Shown here one piece after another: positions 38,571 to 47,608 of a stretch of DNA of 64,000 bases. The stretch's first letter is position 1. Each line of letters opens with the position of its first letter. The DNA comes from Candidatus Multivoradales bacterium (GTDB lineage Bacteria; Acidobacteriota; Thermoanaerobaculia; Multivoradales; Multivoraceae). The notes beneath the pieces were generated by a model. That model made no database searches, was not told the DNA's origin, and saw nothing but the letters and a program-made list of their open reading frames with translations. The stretch lies in NCBI GenBank assembly GCA_965223325.1, contig CBDCWI010000002.1:2368001-2432000 (forward strand), read 5' to 3'. The position numbers and the translations under genes are program-made.

Positions 38571-38656
38571 CCTATCAAGATAGCACGGTGCGACTGCAAA
38601 GTCCAGTAAAAACAGGCGTTTGCGGCTGTTTTGAAGATGTCGCGGTGAGTCGAGGA

Positions 38657-38672
38657 CGTTTCCGCGGAAACG
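38657..38672. repeat. 16-bp palindrome CGTTTCCGCGGAAACG, copy 2 (intergenic)
   Basis: Exact palindrome; 19-bp identity with 37571-37589. Confidence 0.9.
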
Positions 38673-38787
38673 CGATGGGCGAGATCGGCCTTCTGTGTGA
38701 AAACTCGCGCTTTCGTAGTATTCCGTGACCTCGCCTTTGGCGCAGTGCCGCGAATTTCGGCGCTCGAGCCCGCTCCTCCCCCGACCA

Positions 38788-41700
38788 GTGACCAAGTTCG
38801 ACACCTCAGGCCTCTACGAACTCCTCCTCACCGAGGAGATCAACCGCCGTCTCGAAGCGCTCGAAGGCGTCCTCCTAGAGCGTCATGAACCCGCGTCGGA
38901 GAGTGCAGCCGATTACCTCGCGCGCCACCTGCACGAGCTCGGACTGAAGGTCTTCCGCAGCTTCAAGGGTGCCGACGCGCTGGAGCGCCAGGTGCAACTG
39001 GCCAATTCCGTGATCGCCCTACTCTCGCAAGACTCCGAGGCCGGGGTCGATGACGGCGACCGCGTTCGCGACCCCGCAGGGATCTTGCTCTCGCTTTTCC
39101 GCAGAGCTGAGCAGCGGCTTGGCGATGCCCAGATCGAGCGCCCGAGCTTGCCTCTACGGCAGAGTGACCTGCTTGTCAACGGCCCCCGCGACCAGCGCCT
39201 CGGACATGAACTGAATCGCGAACTCGCATCGGCAGATCGCGTGGACCTCTTGGTGTCTTTCCTCAAGTGGAGCGGACTTCGTGTCATCAAGAACCAGCTC
39301 GACGAGTTTCTAGGACGTCGCCCTGGGCAGCTGCGCGTGCTCACGACGACCTACCTCGGCGCCACGGAGACTCGAGCGCTCGATTGGCTCCAAGAGCGAC
39401 GCGTCGATGTGCGCGTCTCCTACGACACGCGTCGCACTCGACTTCATGCCAAGGCCTGGCTGTTCCACCGCGACTCTGGTTTCTCGACCGGCTTCGTTGG
39501 TTCTTCGAACCTCTCCCACGGCGCCCTGCTCGACGGCTGCGAATGGAACGTGCGCCTTAGCCTTGTCGACAACCGCTCCATCCTGCGCAAGTTTCAGACC
39601 ACGTTCGACCAGTACTGGAGCGACGGTGAGTTCGAGCCCTACGATCGCGAGGCCTTTCTCGAGGCGACAAAGAAGAACAGCGAAGCACTCGACCACCTCG
39701 CCCAGACCAGCGGCCTCCGGCCCTACCCGCATCAGGAGGAGGTGCTCCAGGCCCTCGAACACGAACGCGAGCACGGCCACACCCGCAACCTCGTCGTGGC
39801 AGCCACAGGCACTGGGAAGACTGCAATTGCTGCCTTCGACTATGCCCGCTACCGGAAACGCCATCCCGAAGCGACACTGCTTTTCGTCGCGCATCGCCAT
39901 GAGATCCTGAAACAGAGCCAAGCCACCTTTCGCAACGCGCTCAGAAACGGCAACTTCGGCGAGCTACAGGCGAGAGGCGAGGAGCCCGTTCGCGGCCGTC
40001 ACGTATTTGCCTCGATTCAATCCCTGCGGCCCCGCAGGCTCGATGAGCTTCAACCGCGTGCTTACGACTTCATTGTGGTCGACGAGTTTCACCACGCCGC
40101 CGCCACGACCTATCGCCGACTCCTCGAGCACCTCGAGCCCAGCATCCTCCTCGGCCTCACAGCGACACCCGAGCGAGCCGACGGCCAGTCGATCTTGCAC
40201 TGGTTCAACAATCGCATTGCTGCAGAGACCAGGCTTTGGGATGCCCTCGACCTGGGCCTGCTCGTACCCTTTCAGTACTTTGGTGTTTACGACGGCACCG
40301 ACCTATCGCTTGTCAACTGGCGCTCCGGCCGCTACGACACCGAAGGGCTAGAGAACGTCTATACAGCAGACGACGTCAGAGCTCGTGCCGTCATACGAGC
40401 CGTGAGGGAGCACGTGCGTTCGCCTCGAGACATGCGGGCACTGGGCTTCTGTGTCTCCGTGAAACATGCTCAATACATGGCAGATTTCTTTGAGGGCGAG
40501 GGTATCGCGGCAGTGGCCGTCCACGGTCGAACCCCCACCGCGGAACGTGAGGCTGTGCGGCAACGCCTTGCCACCAAGGAGGTCAACATCGTCTTCACCG
40601 TCGATCTTTTCAACGAAGGGGTTGACCTTCCGTTCGTCGACACCGTGCTCATGCTGCGCCCAACGGAAAGCGCCACGATCTTTCTTCAACAACTCGGCCG
40701 GGGCCTTCGCCTCGCGGAAGGCAAGGACTGCCTCACCGTCCTCGACTTCATCGGGAAAGCGCGCAGAGAGTTCCGTTTCGACCTCCGTTACAAGGCTCTG
40801 ACCGGCGGTACCCGCGCCTCAGTGCGACGAGCCGTCGAGGAGGGCTTCCCGAACCTCCCCGCCGGAACCGAGCTGCTGCTCGATCGCGAAACACAAGAGG
40901 TCGTCCTGGCGAACCTCCGGAACGTTGTCGGTGGAAGAACCCAGGAGCTCGTCGCCGACCTCGTTGCGATGGGTGATGTTTCTCTCGCCGACTTCCTCCA
41001 AGGCATCGATTCGCAACCCGAGGATCTCTACACGGGAGGCCGAACGTTCACACTCCTGCGGCAACACGCGGACCACACAACTAGCCCACCACCCGAGCCC
41101 AACACGGCGAGAGCGTTCGCACGACTCCTTCACGTCGACGACGACGAGAGAATCAACACTTGGAGCAGCTGGCTGGCCGGCCCGAAGCCACCGCCCGCGA
41201 ACCCGGACGACCCGCTGCAGCTCATGCTGTTCGCACTACTCGGCAACGTGCGGCGCCCTGTTATTGAACTCGGGCTCGCATTGCAGGAGTTCTGGAGCCA
41301 CGACGACCTCCGCAACGAGCTCCACCAGCTGCTTCAGATGCTTGCGGATCGAGCCCGCCGCCCAACGCATGGCCTCGATCGCCTACCATTTCGAATCCAT
41401 GGCACCTACAGTCGTGACGAGATCTCCGCAGGTCTCCTACAGACAAGAAAGGGCAAGCTCCTTCGCACCCAGAGCGGCGTTTACAAGGACAATGCATCTC
41501 GTTGCGACGTCCTCTACGTCACACTCGAGAAGAACGCCTCCGAGTTCACCCCCACGACGCTCTACGAGGACTACCCGATCTCAGATACACGCTTCCACTG
41601 GGAATCGCAAGGCGTCACCCGCGCCGACTCGGATACTGGCCAGCGCTACCAAAACCATGAGGCGATGGACTGGCGGATTCTCCTCTTCGTGCGCCGGGCA

Positions 41701-41853
41701 AAGAAGACTCGTTCGTTAACCCAGCCCTACTTGTTCCTCGGCCCGACGCGCTATGTGGAGCACGAAGACGAAAAGCCCATGAGGATCATCTGGGAGTTGG
41801 ACGTACCGATGCCCCCTGGGTTCTATCGCGAGGCAAAGATTGCAGCAGGGTGA
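38788..41853 (+). CDS. PLD-nuclease + SF2 helicase + DUF3427 protein (SauUSI-like type IV restriction candidate)
   Basis: LHAKAW and GSSNLS PLD motifs; ATGTGKT, DEFHH, LGLTATPER, QQLGRGLR; C-terminal YEDYPIS..RFHWESQ; start uncertain (38725 or 38788). Confidence 0.9.
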   Translation: MTKFDTSGLYELLLTEEINRRLEALEGVLLERHEPASESAADYLARHLHELGLKVFRSFKGADALERQVQLANSVIALLSQDSEAGVDDGDRVRDPAGILLSLFRRAEQRLGDAQIERPSLPLRQSDLLVNGPRDQRLGHELNRELASADRVDLLVSFLKWSGLRVIKNQLDEFLGRRPGQLRVLTTTYLGATETRALDWLQERRVDVRVSYDTRRTRLHAKAWLFHRDSGFSTGFVGSSNLSHGALLDGCEWNVRLSLVDNRSILRKFQTTFDQYWSDGEFEPYDREAFLEATKKNSEALDHLAQTSGLRPYPHQEEVLQALEHEREHGHTRNLVVAATGTGKTAIAAFDYARYRKRHPEATLLFVAHRHEILKQSQATFRNALRNGNFGELQARGEEPVRGRHVFASIQSLRPRRLDELQPRAYDFIVVDEFHHAAATTYRRLLEHLEPSILLGLTATPERADGQSILHWFNNRIAAETRLWDALDLGLLVPFQYFGVYDGTDLSLVNWRSGRYDTEGLENVYTADDVRARAVIRAVREHVRSPRDMRALGFCVSVKHAQYMADFFEGEGIAAVAVHGRTPTAEREAVRQRLATKEVNIVFTVDLFNEGVDLPFVDTVLMLRPTESATIFLQQLGRGLRLAEGKDCLTVLDFIGKARREFRFDLRYKALTGGTRASVRRAVEEGFPNLPAGTELLLDRETQEVVLANLRNVVGGRTQELVADLVAMGDVSLADFLQGIDSQPEDLYTGGRTFTLLRQHADHTTSPPPEPNTARAFARLLHVDDDERINTWSSWLAGPKPPPANPDDPLQLMLFALLGNVRRPVIELGLALQEFWSHDDLRNELHQLLQMLADRARRPTHGLDRLPFRIHGTYSRDEISAGLLQTRKGKLLRTQSGVYKDNASRCDVLYVTLEKNASEFTPTTLYEDYPISDTRFHWESQGVTRADSDTGQRYQNHEAMDWRILLFVRRAKKTRSLTQPYLFLGPTRYVEHEDEKPMRIIWELDVPMPPGFYREAKIAAG

Positions 41854-42074
41854 CGGAGTGGCCCGGTGTGGGCGTCTCGCCAGAGGCAACGTGTTCTTTA
41901 TCAAAGGCACAGCGATGCCCAGCGTCGTGCCCACCAATCCGCTATGGAGCCCCAGGCATGAATAGTGAAATGTGAGAAACACTGATCTTCGATGCAACCT
42001 GGGACATCGCGCAGGCACTGCTCGGCGTGGTGTTCGGAGCGCATCTGCCTGGTGAGCTTCGAGGTCGGCGACGA

Positions 42075-42110
42075 CTCGGTTCGGCGGGTGCGCTCGGTTC
42101 GGCGGGTGCG
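42075..42110. repeat. 18-bp tandem duplication CTCGGTTCGGCGGGTGCG
   Basis: Two exact copies in apparently decayed intergenic DNA. Confidence 0.85.
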
Positions 42111-42266
42111 AATTGTTCTCTATGAGTCGGACAAGCCTTCCGAGGTCTTCACGGACTCCAGCCCGCTCGCCAGAGACCGGTTCCCTGGCTACCTCGTCTA
42201 TCTACTCGCGAAGGATTGATCGCACCGCTGCGCTGTGCGCGGTCGGCGGCACACAGCGTGCGTCAG

Positions 42267-42674
42267 TCAATGGCCAGGCCACATTTCGAAGCCGGCGGCT
42301 CGGAAGTGGCGGTCGAAGCCAAAGACTCGTTTGATGCGCCCGCGCTTCATCAGTGCGAAGGAAACGCAGTCTGTGAAGCTCACGTTCTGATCTGCGAGTC
42401 TTGTGAACCACCGAAGGGCCGCCGTCTCGTCTGTTTCGTCCGGCCGAAGGATCTCCAGCCTTTTCGATGCATAGAGACGCTGGCCCTCCTCGGCCGCGAA
42501 GCGATTGCCCGCTCGGCGCCCGAGCAAGGTCAGGGTCTCATCGAGCACGAAGTTGCTGGTGATGCAGCGCTCCCCGCTTTCGGCGATCTTCTTCCACCCC
42601 GACTGCGCATCGCGATGATACGTATCGCGCGCGATCGATCGCGCCAGAAATGCGCCCGTGTCAACGAAGATCAC
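42267..42674 (-). CDS. vapC: VapC-family PIN-domain toxin
   Basis: IFVDTGA, VLDET, SFTDCVSF, FGFDRHF; GTGA overlap with the antitoxin stop. Confidence 0.93.
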   Translation of the reverse strand: MIFVDTGAFLARSIARDTYHRDAQSGWKKIAESGERCITSNFVLDETLTLLGRRAGNRFAAEEGQRLYASKRLEILRPDETDETAALRWFTRLADQNVSFTDCVSFALMKRGRIKRVFGFDRHFRAAGFEMWPGH

Positions 42675-42916
42675 GCTTCGTTCTCTGGTTCGCCGTAGAG
42701 AAGGGCATCGTGATCGCTCCCGTCGCGGGCGCTTCCCTGATCCTCGAAGACCTCGAATTGGAACAGCGAATCCTCTCGCACTTCGTCGCAGGAAAGAGCT
42801 AGCCGTGATCGAAGTGCGTCTCTTATGAGCTCTCCAAGAGAGATGCCCTGTCGCTCGGCCAGCCGCTGAGCCTCGAGCTTGAGGTCGCCGGGAAGCATGA
42901 TGGTCGTACGGTGCAT
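42671..42916 (-). CDS. CopG/ribbon-helix-helix antitoxin (VapB-like)
   Basis: MHRTTIMLP...AERQGISLGELIRDAL; acidic C-terminus ending DHDALLYG. Confidence 0.9.
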   Translation of the reverse strand: MHRTTIMLPGDLKLEAQRLAERQGISLGELIRDALRSRLALSCDEVREDSLFQFEVFEDQGSARDGSDHDALLYGEPENEA

Positions 42917-42919
42917 GTG

Positions 42920-42943
42920 GCGCCATAATATCACATATGGCGC
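42920..42943 (-). promoter_or_regulatory. TA operator inverted repeat overlapping an extended -10
   Basis: GCGCCATA-N8-TATGGCGC; minus-strand TGaTATTAT ends 8 bp before the ATG. Confidence 0.75.
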
Positions 42944-43159
42944 TCAGAGTACGCAGGATCTCCCTCCCTCGATTCGCTGAACATATTTCCTTTCAGAATT
43001 TTCTTTTTTTCCCTATTTGACGTAGAAACAAGACAGTGGCCGTCGTGAATATCCACATAGTTCACCCGGCCGGTTTGTTCGCGCCGGGATCTGCGACGTG
43101 ATTGTGACGTTGCAGTTCCCCTCTACCCCTGGCGAGGGAAACTCTACGGAGGGATTTCG

Positions 43160-43834
43160 ATGCTGAGCAGGAAAAGGGTCTCGAGAATAGGTCTTGTGGT
43201 GGCGTTTCTGGCTGTTGCCACTTGGATGAGCAGCGCGCTTGCGGCGCAGTCGCTTGCCCGCGTTAGCGGTGGCGGCACCGGCGACATTGTCATTCCGGAT
43301 TGGGGCTCAGAGACGCAGTTCGGTCTCGGTGGCACGGTCCGAGCGCGTTCGGCAGACTCGACGGAATGTATCGACAAGTTCGTCGCACTCATCGACGATA
43401 CGCCGATCGGGGTCTACGAACAAATCTATCCCGGTCTCGAGCTGATGACGAAGGACGAGATGAAGGACCTCGTCGACAGTTTCCGCGGAAATGACTGGCA
43501 CGATGCGAGTGGCCACTTCATGTGCAAACTGGTCGCGGACGCGCCCCGAGATGTTCGTCCGTCGGAGAAGTACTTCGTTGTCATCAATATGGACCTGGAC
43601 TACGGCCGGGTCGAGGACGACGGGTCGGTGCTTTTCTGCGGCGAGCATCTCGCGATCGACGCTTTCTCGCCCCGGGTCCAACAACTCGAAGGTGTTTCGC
43701 TTCTGCGCGTCTGGAAGGAGAACGGCAAGAAGAAGTTCTGGTACGTCGACAATATAAACGTCGCCTATGGCGGCGATACCGAGGTCGTCGTCTCGGGGAA
43801 TCTGCTGATCAAGCGCGGGAAGGGAAAGCCCTGA
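43160..43834 (+). CDS. Secreted hypothetical protein
   Basis: GGAGGG RBS, signal peptide ending ALA, coding-like codon usage. Confidence 0.7.
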   Translation: MLSRKRVSRIGLVVAFLAVATWMSSALAAQSLARVSGGGTGDIVIPDWGSETQFGLGGTVRARSADSTECIDKFVALIDDTPIGVYEQIYPGLELMTKDEMKDLVDSFRGNDWHDASGHFMCKLVADAPRDVRPSEKYFVVINMDLDYGRVEDDGSVLFCGEHLAIDAFSPRVQQLEGVSLLRVWKENGKKKFWYVDNINVAYGGDTEVVVSGNLLIKRGKGKP

Positions 43835-43858
43835 ACCTGGAGGGTGGGTGCTGCTGGC

Positions 43859-44462
43859 CTAGAAGATCAGCTGCACCCACTCGCCGTCGACCTCGATCAG
43901 CGTCGAGCGAATGGCGGGGAGGATCGGTGTTTCGAGTAGTCCTTCGTTCCACTCCGCCAGGGCAGCTTCGAGACGGGCCACCACTTCCGGATGCTCGGCC
44001 GCTACGTTCCGGGTCTCGCCTCGGTCGACGTCGAGGTCGTAGAGCAAGGTCAGGTAACCGTGCTCAGGTTCGGTTGGCCAACCGCCTTGTGGCGGTTGCA
44101 GCCGGCCATCAGGGCGGAGGTCGCTAGGCCGCAGGTCGCTCAAAGCGAGCTTGATGAGTTTGTAGCGCGCGCCACGAATGGCAAGTGTCGGCCGAGAACG
44201 CCAGAACAGGTACTCGTGCGGGCGACCGGCCTTTTCACCCGCCAGGTAGGGTGCGAGATCGACGCTGTCTTCGGTCTGGCGGGGTGCGCCAGCGGCAGCG
44301 GTGAAGGTCGCCATGAGGTCGAGCGCTGTCACCGGCGGGCTGTAGACCTGGCCACCGGGGAATCGCTCGGGCCAGGTCAAGAGGAACGGGACCCGCACGC
44401 CCCCCTCGTGGTGGTAGCGCTTGAAACCGCTCAGGGGAGCGTTGGAGCAGGCACCCCGGAAG
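43859..44462 (-). pseudogene. C-terminal fragment of an arylsulfatase
   Basis: SNAPLSGFK...EGGVRVPF, ALDLMATF, LYDLDVDRGETRNVA; catalytic N-terminal half (CxPxR) absent. Confidence 0.85.
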
Positions 44463-44560
44463 CGGCCTGAGTTGCGTGTAGCATGTCTGGGCAGTCCCCT
44501 CGTTACCGGCCTCAGCTCTGTTGCACTCTCCCGTGGCCACAGCTCTCCAGGAGGTGTCGC

Positions 44561-47500
44561 ATGGTCACCCCTTCCGACAGAGATTCCGACAGAGACGACA
44601 TTCCGACCCAGACGTCGGGTGCACCGCTCCAGCTCCCCGGTGTGCCCTCGCTCGAGACGGGTGTGCAGCTCGGGCACTATGAGATCACTGGCCTGCTGGG
44701 CAAGGGCGGAATGGGGGAGGTCTATCGCGCGCGCGACAGCAACCTCGGCCGTGAGGTTGCCATCAAGGTTCTGCCGCAGGAGTTCGTCGAAAGTCCCGGC
44801 GCACGCGCCCGCTTCGAGCGTGAGGCGCGCGCGATCGCAGCGCTTTCGCATCCGAACATTCTCCACATCTACGACCTCGGGGAGCAGGATGGCGTCCACT
44901 ACGCCGTTATGGAATTGCTCGAGGGCACGACGCTCGGCAAGCGGCTGGATGAGTCAGGGCCGTTCTCGGTCGACGAGACGCTCGCCATTGGCGCCGAGGT
45001 CGCACGTGGTCTCGCTGCCGCCCATCAGGCTGGGTTCACGCATCGCGACATCAAGCCAGACAATCTTTTTCTACGTGACGACGGTCGGGTCACCATCCTC
45101 GACTTCGGGCTTGCTCACTCCGTTGGGCATCCGAAAGGGCACGACAACCAGGAAACCCTGCCGGGCCAGGCGACGAGTCCCGGCACCGTTCTGGGGTCCC
45201 TTGCCTACATGTCGCCTGAGCAAGCCCGCGGAGAACCCGTTGAACCCTCGAGCGACGTGTTCTCGCTGGGCTGCGTGCTCTCTGAAACGCTCACCGGCAA
45301 GAGTCCCTTCCGGCGCAGCAGCGCCGCCGAAACGCTCGCCGCGACCCTCGGAGCTGACCCGCCATCGCTTCTTGAAACGGTGGGCGGGCCTGGCAGCGCA
45401 GGCCTGGTAGGAGTGATCGACCGTTGCCTGGCAAAGGATGCAAGCGCGCGCTATCGGTCAGGAACCGAGCTCGCTTCTGCATTGGAGGAGCTCTCGCAAC
45501 CGGCACCCGGGGTTCTGCCGCGCTCGCTCTTCGGTCGGATGGCCGTCGCTGTGGCGGCTCTCGCCCTGTTGTTCGCCGCCGGCTTCTGGTGGAGCACCCA
45601 TGATCCAGAAGGAACCTGGGCGCGGGAAGAAGGCCTTCCCCGAATCTTCGAACTCACCGAACAAGACGAGTTCTTCGAGGCGTTCAGGATCGCCCGTCGG
45701 GTCGAGGAGGTCCTGCCTGGCGACCCACTGCTCGAGGAGGCCTGGGAGCAGATCGGTGCGAAAGGCACCATTGAAACAGACCCGCCAGGCGCGGAGCTCT
45801 CCATTGCATCGATGACGAGCGACGAATGGGTCAAGTTGGGAACAACGCCGGTCAACACTCATCTTCCCGCGGGAGTCACCCGGGCTCGCCTGGAGCTCGA
45901 GGGGTTCGCGCTCCTCGAAGGGCTTTGCTGCTCGGGCAGCATAGAGCTACCGCTCTTTCCCGTAAGCGCCGTTCCGGCGGGTATGCGCCCCCTTCCGGGT
46001 GGTGCGAATCGGTTGGGCCTGCGCACCGTGCCCTCCCTTCCGGGCAGAAGGGGGAATGCCCTGCTCGGGAAGTTCGAGGTCACCAACAAAGAATTTCTAG
46101 AGTTCGTCGAGGCTGGTGCGTACCAGGACCCGACCGCCTGGCCTTCACCCTTCATCGATGGAGGCCAGACCCTCAGCTTCGAGGAGGCCATGGCGCGCTT
46201 CCGCGACCGCACCGGCCAGGCGGGCCCTGCGAGCTGGGAGTACGGGAGCTTCCTCGAAGGGCAGGATGACTACCCCGTCCAGGGCGTGAGCTGGTACGAA
46301 GCCGAGGCGTATGCGCGCTTTGCGGGCGGCGTGCTGCCCACCGTTTTCCACTGGAGCGCAGCCTCGGGAACACACGTCGCCGGCCCGATCATCGATGCCT
46401 CGAACATCGAGACCGAGTCGGTGCTTCCAGTTGGCAGCACGCGCGGGATCGGCTACTGGGGGCACTACGACATGGCCGGTAACGTTCGCGAGTGGTGCCG
46501 CAACCCCACCCCGGACGGCCGCCGCTTCATTCTCGGAGGCGGCTACTCCGAGCCGCGCTACTCGTTCTTCATTGCCAACGCCGTGACCCCAATGGACCGC
46601 TCGCTGATCAACGGATTGCGCTTGATGCGCGAGATCGACGGACAGCCTTCGGGCCTGGAAGTAGAGCAACCGATCCCGATGGTGGATCTGACCGATGTCG
46701 ACCTCGACGCGCCGGGGCCGGGACCGGAGTTCGTCGAGCAGTGGCGGGAGCGGGTCGCCTACGACTCGCTACCTCTCGAGGCCACCATCCTCGAGCTCCC
46801 CAGGGACCTCGAGGATTGGGCACCGCGAGGCGACAGTGGCTCCTTCGCCGTTGAGCGCGTCTCCTTCAATGCTGCCTACGGCGGAGAACGCATGGAGGCC
46901 TATCTCTTTCTACCTGAGGTGCGGCCGAACCCGCTGCAGGCGATCGTCGTCTTTCCGGGCGAGAACCTCGGCAACCCGAGACAGAGCCCTGGCGGAATCG
47001 ATCGCCAGGAGTTCTACGTTCGCAGCGGGCGTGCCGTTGTGCTGCCAATCTACAAGTCGACCTTCAACCGGCGCGACGGCATGGTCGGGGCGGCTCCTGA
47101 CCCGGCGCGGGCTCAGGACTGGCAGGCGCATGTCGTCATGTGGACACAAGACGTCATGCGGACGGTCGACTACCTGGTGACCCGCAACGACCTGGACCCC
47201 GAGAGAATCGGCTACCACGGCATGAGCTGGGGCCATTGGATGGCTACCTGGGTTCTCCCGGTAGAGAAGAGAATCCGCGCTGCTCTGTTGCGCGACGGCG
47301 GCGCACCGAGTGCCTACGTCCACGGCCTCGTCCCCGGTACCTTTCTGGGGCGCTACCCGAATTCGCACAAGCCTCTTCTGGCCCAGGTCGACATCCCGGT
47401 GCTGATGCTCAACGGTCGTTACGACCACTGGTTTCCATTCGACACAACGCAGAAGCCCTTCTTCGACGCTCTCGGTACACCCGCCGCGAACAAGCGCCAC

Positions 47501-47599
47501 CACATCTTCGAAGACGCCGGCCACTCCAACATGCCGTTGCCCGGAGTCGTCCGGGAGAGCCTGGTGTTTTTCGACCGCTACCTGGGCCCGGTCCAGTAA
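44561..47599 (+). CDS. Ser/Thr kinase fused to FGE-sulfatase-like and alpha/beta-hydrolase domains
   Basis: GKGGMGEV, HRDIKPDN, DFG, YMSPEQ; TM; FEVTN, YDMAGNVREW; GMSWG elbow; AGGAGG RBS. Confidence 0.9.
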   Translation: MVTPSDRDSDRDDIPTQTSGAPLQLPGVPSLETGVQLGHYEITGLLGKGGMGEVYRARDSNLGREVAIKVLPQEFVESPGARARFEREARAIAALSHPNILHIYDLGEQDGVHYAVMELLEGTTLGKRLDESGPFSVDETLAIGAEVARGLAAAHQAGFTHRDIKPDNLFLRDDGRVTILDFGLAHSVGHPKGHDNQETLPGQATSPGTVLGSLAYMSPEQARGEPVEPSSDVFSLGCVLSETLTGKSPFRRSSAAETLAATLGADPPSLLETVGGPGSAGLVGVIDRCLAKDASARYRSGTELASALEELSQPAPGVLPRSLFGRMAVAVAALALLFAAGFWWSTHDPEGTWAREEGLPRIFELTEQDEFFEAFRIARRVEEVLPGDPLLEEAWEQIGAKGTIETDPPGAELSIASMTSDEWVKLGTTPVNTHLPAGVTRARLELEGFALLEGLCCSGSIELPLFPVSAVPAGMRPLPGGANRLGLRTVPSLPGRRGNALLGKFEVTNKEFLEFVEAGAYQDPTAWPSPFIDGGQTLSFEEAMARFRDRTGQAGPASWEYGSFLEGQDDYPVQGVSWYEAEAYARFAGGVLPTVFHWSAASGTHVAGPIIDASNIETESVLPVGSTRGIGYWGHYDMAGNVREWCRNPTPDGRRFILGGGYSEPRYSFFIANAVTPMDRSLINGLRLMREIDGQPSGLEVEQPIPMVDLTDVDLDAPGPGPEFVEQWRERVAYDSLPLEATILELPRDLEDWAPRGDSGSFAVERVSFNAAYGGERMEAYLFLPEVRPNPLQAIVVFPGENLGNPRQSPGGIDRQEFYVRSGRAVVLPIYKSTFNRRDGMVGAAPDPARAQDWQAHVVMWTQDVMRTVDYLVTRNDLDPERIGYHGMSWGHWMATWVLPVEKRIRAALLRDGGAPSAYVHGLVPGTFLGRYPNSHKPLLAQVDIPVLMLNGRYDHWFPFDTTQKPFFDALGTPAANKRHHIFEDAGHSNMPLPGVVRESLVFFDRYLGPVQ

Positions 47600-47608
47600 C
47601 GCAGCAGC

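Noticed and set aside
41860-42260. Short ORFs between the helicase and vapC
   Set aside because: No recognisable motif or RBS; probably decayed sequence
43480-43491. TTTCCGCGGAAA as another copy of the palindrome
   Set aside because: Only 12 bp, inside an unrelated CDS; plausible by chance, though worth including in a genome-wide scan
43859-44899. 346-aa ORF as a full-length gene
   Set aside because: Its N-terminal part is largely the antisense of the kinase; only the sulfatase fragment is real
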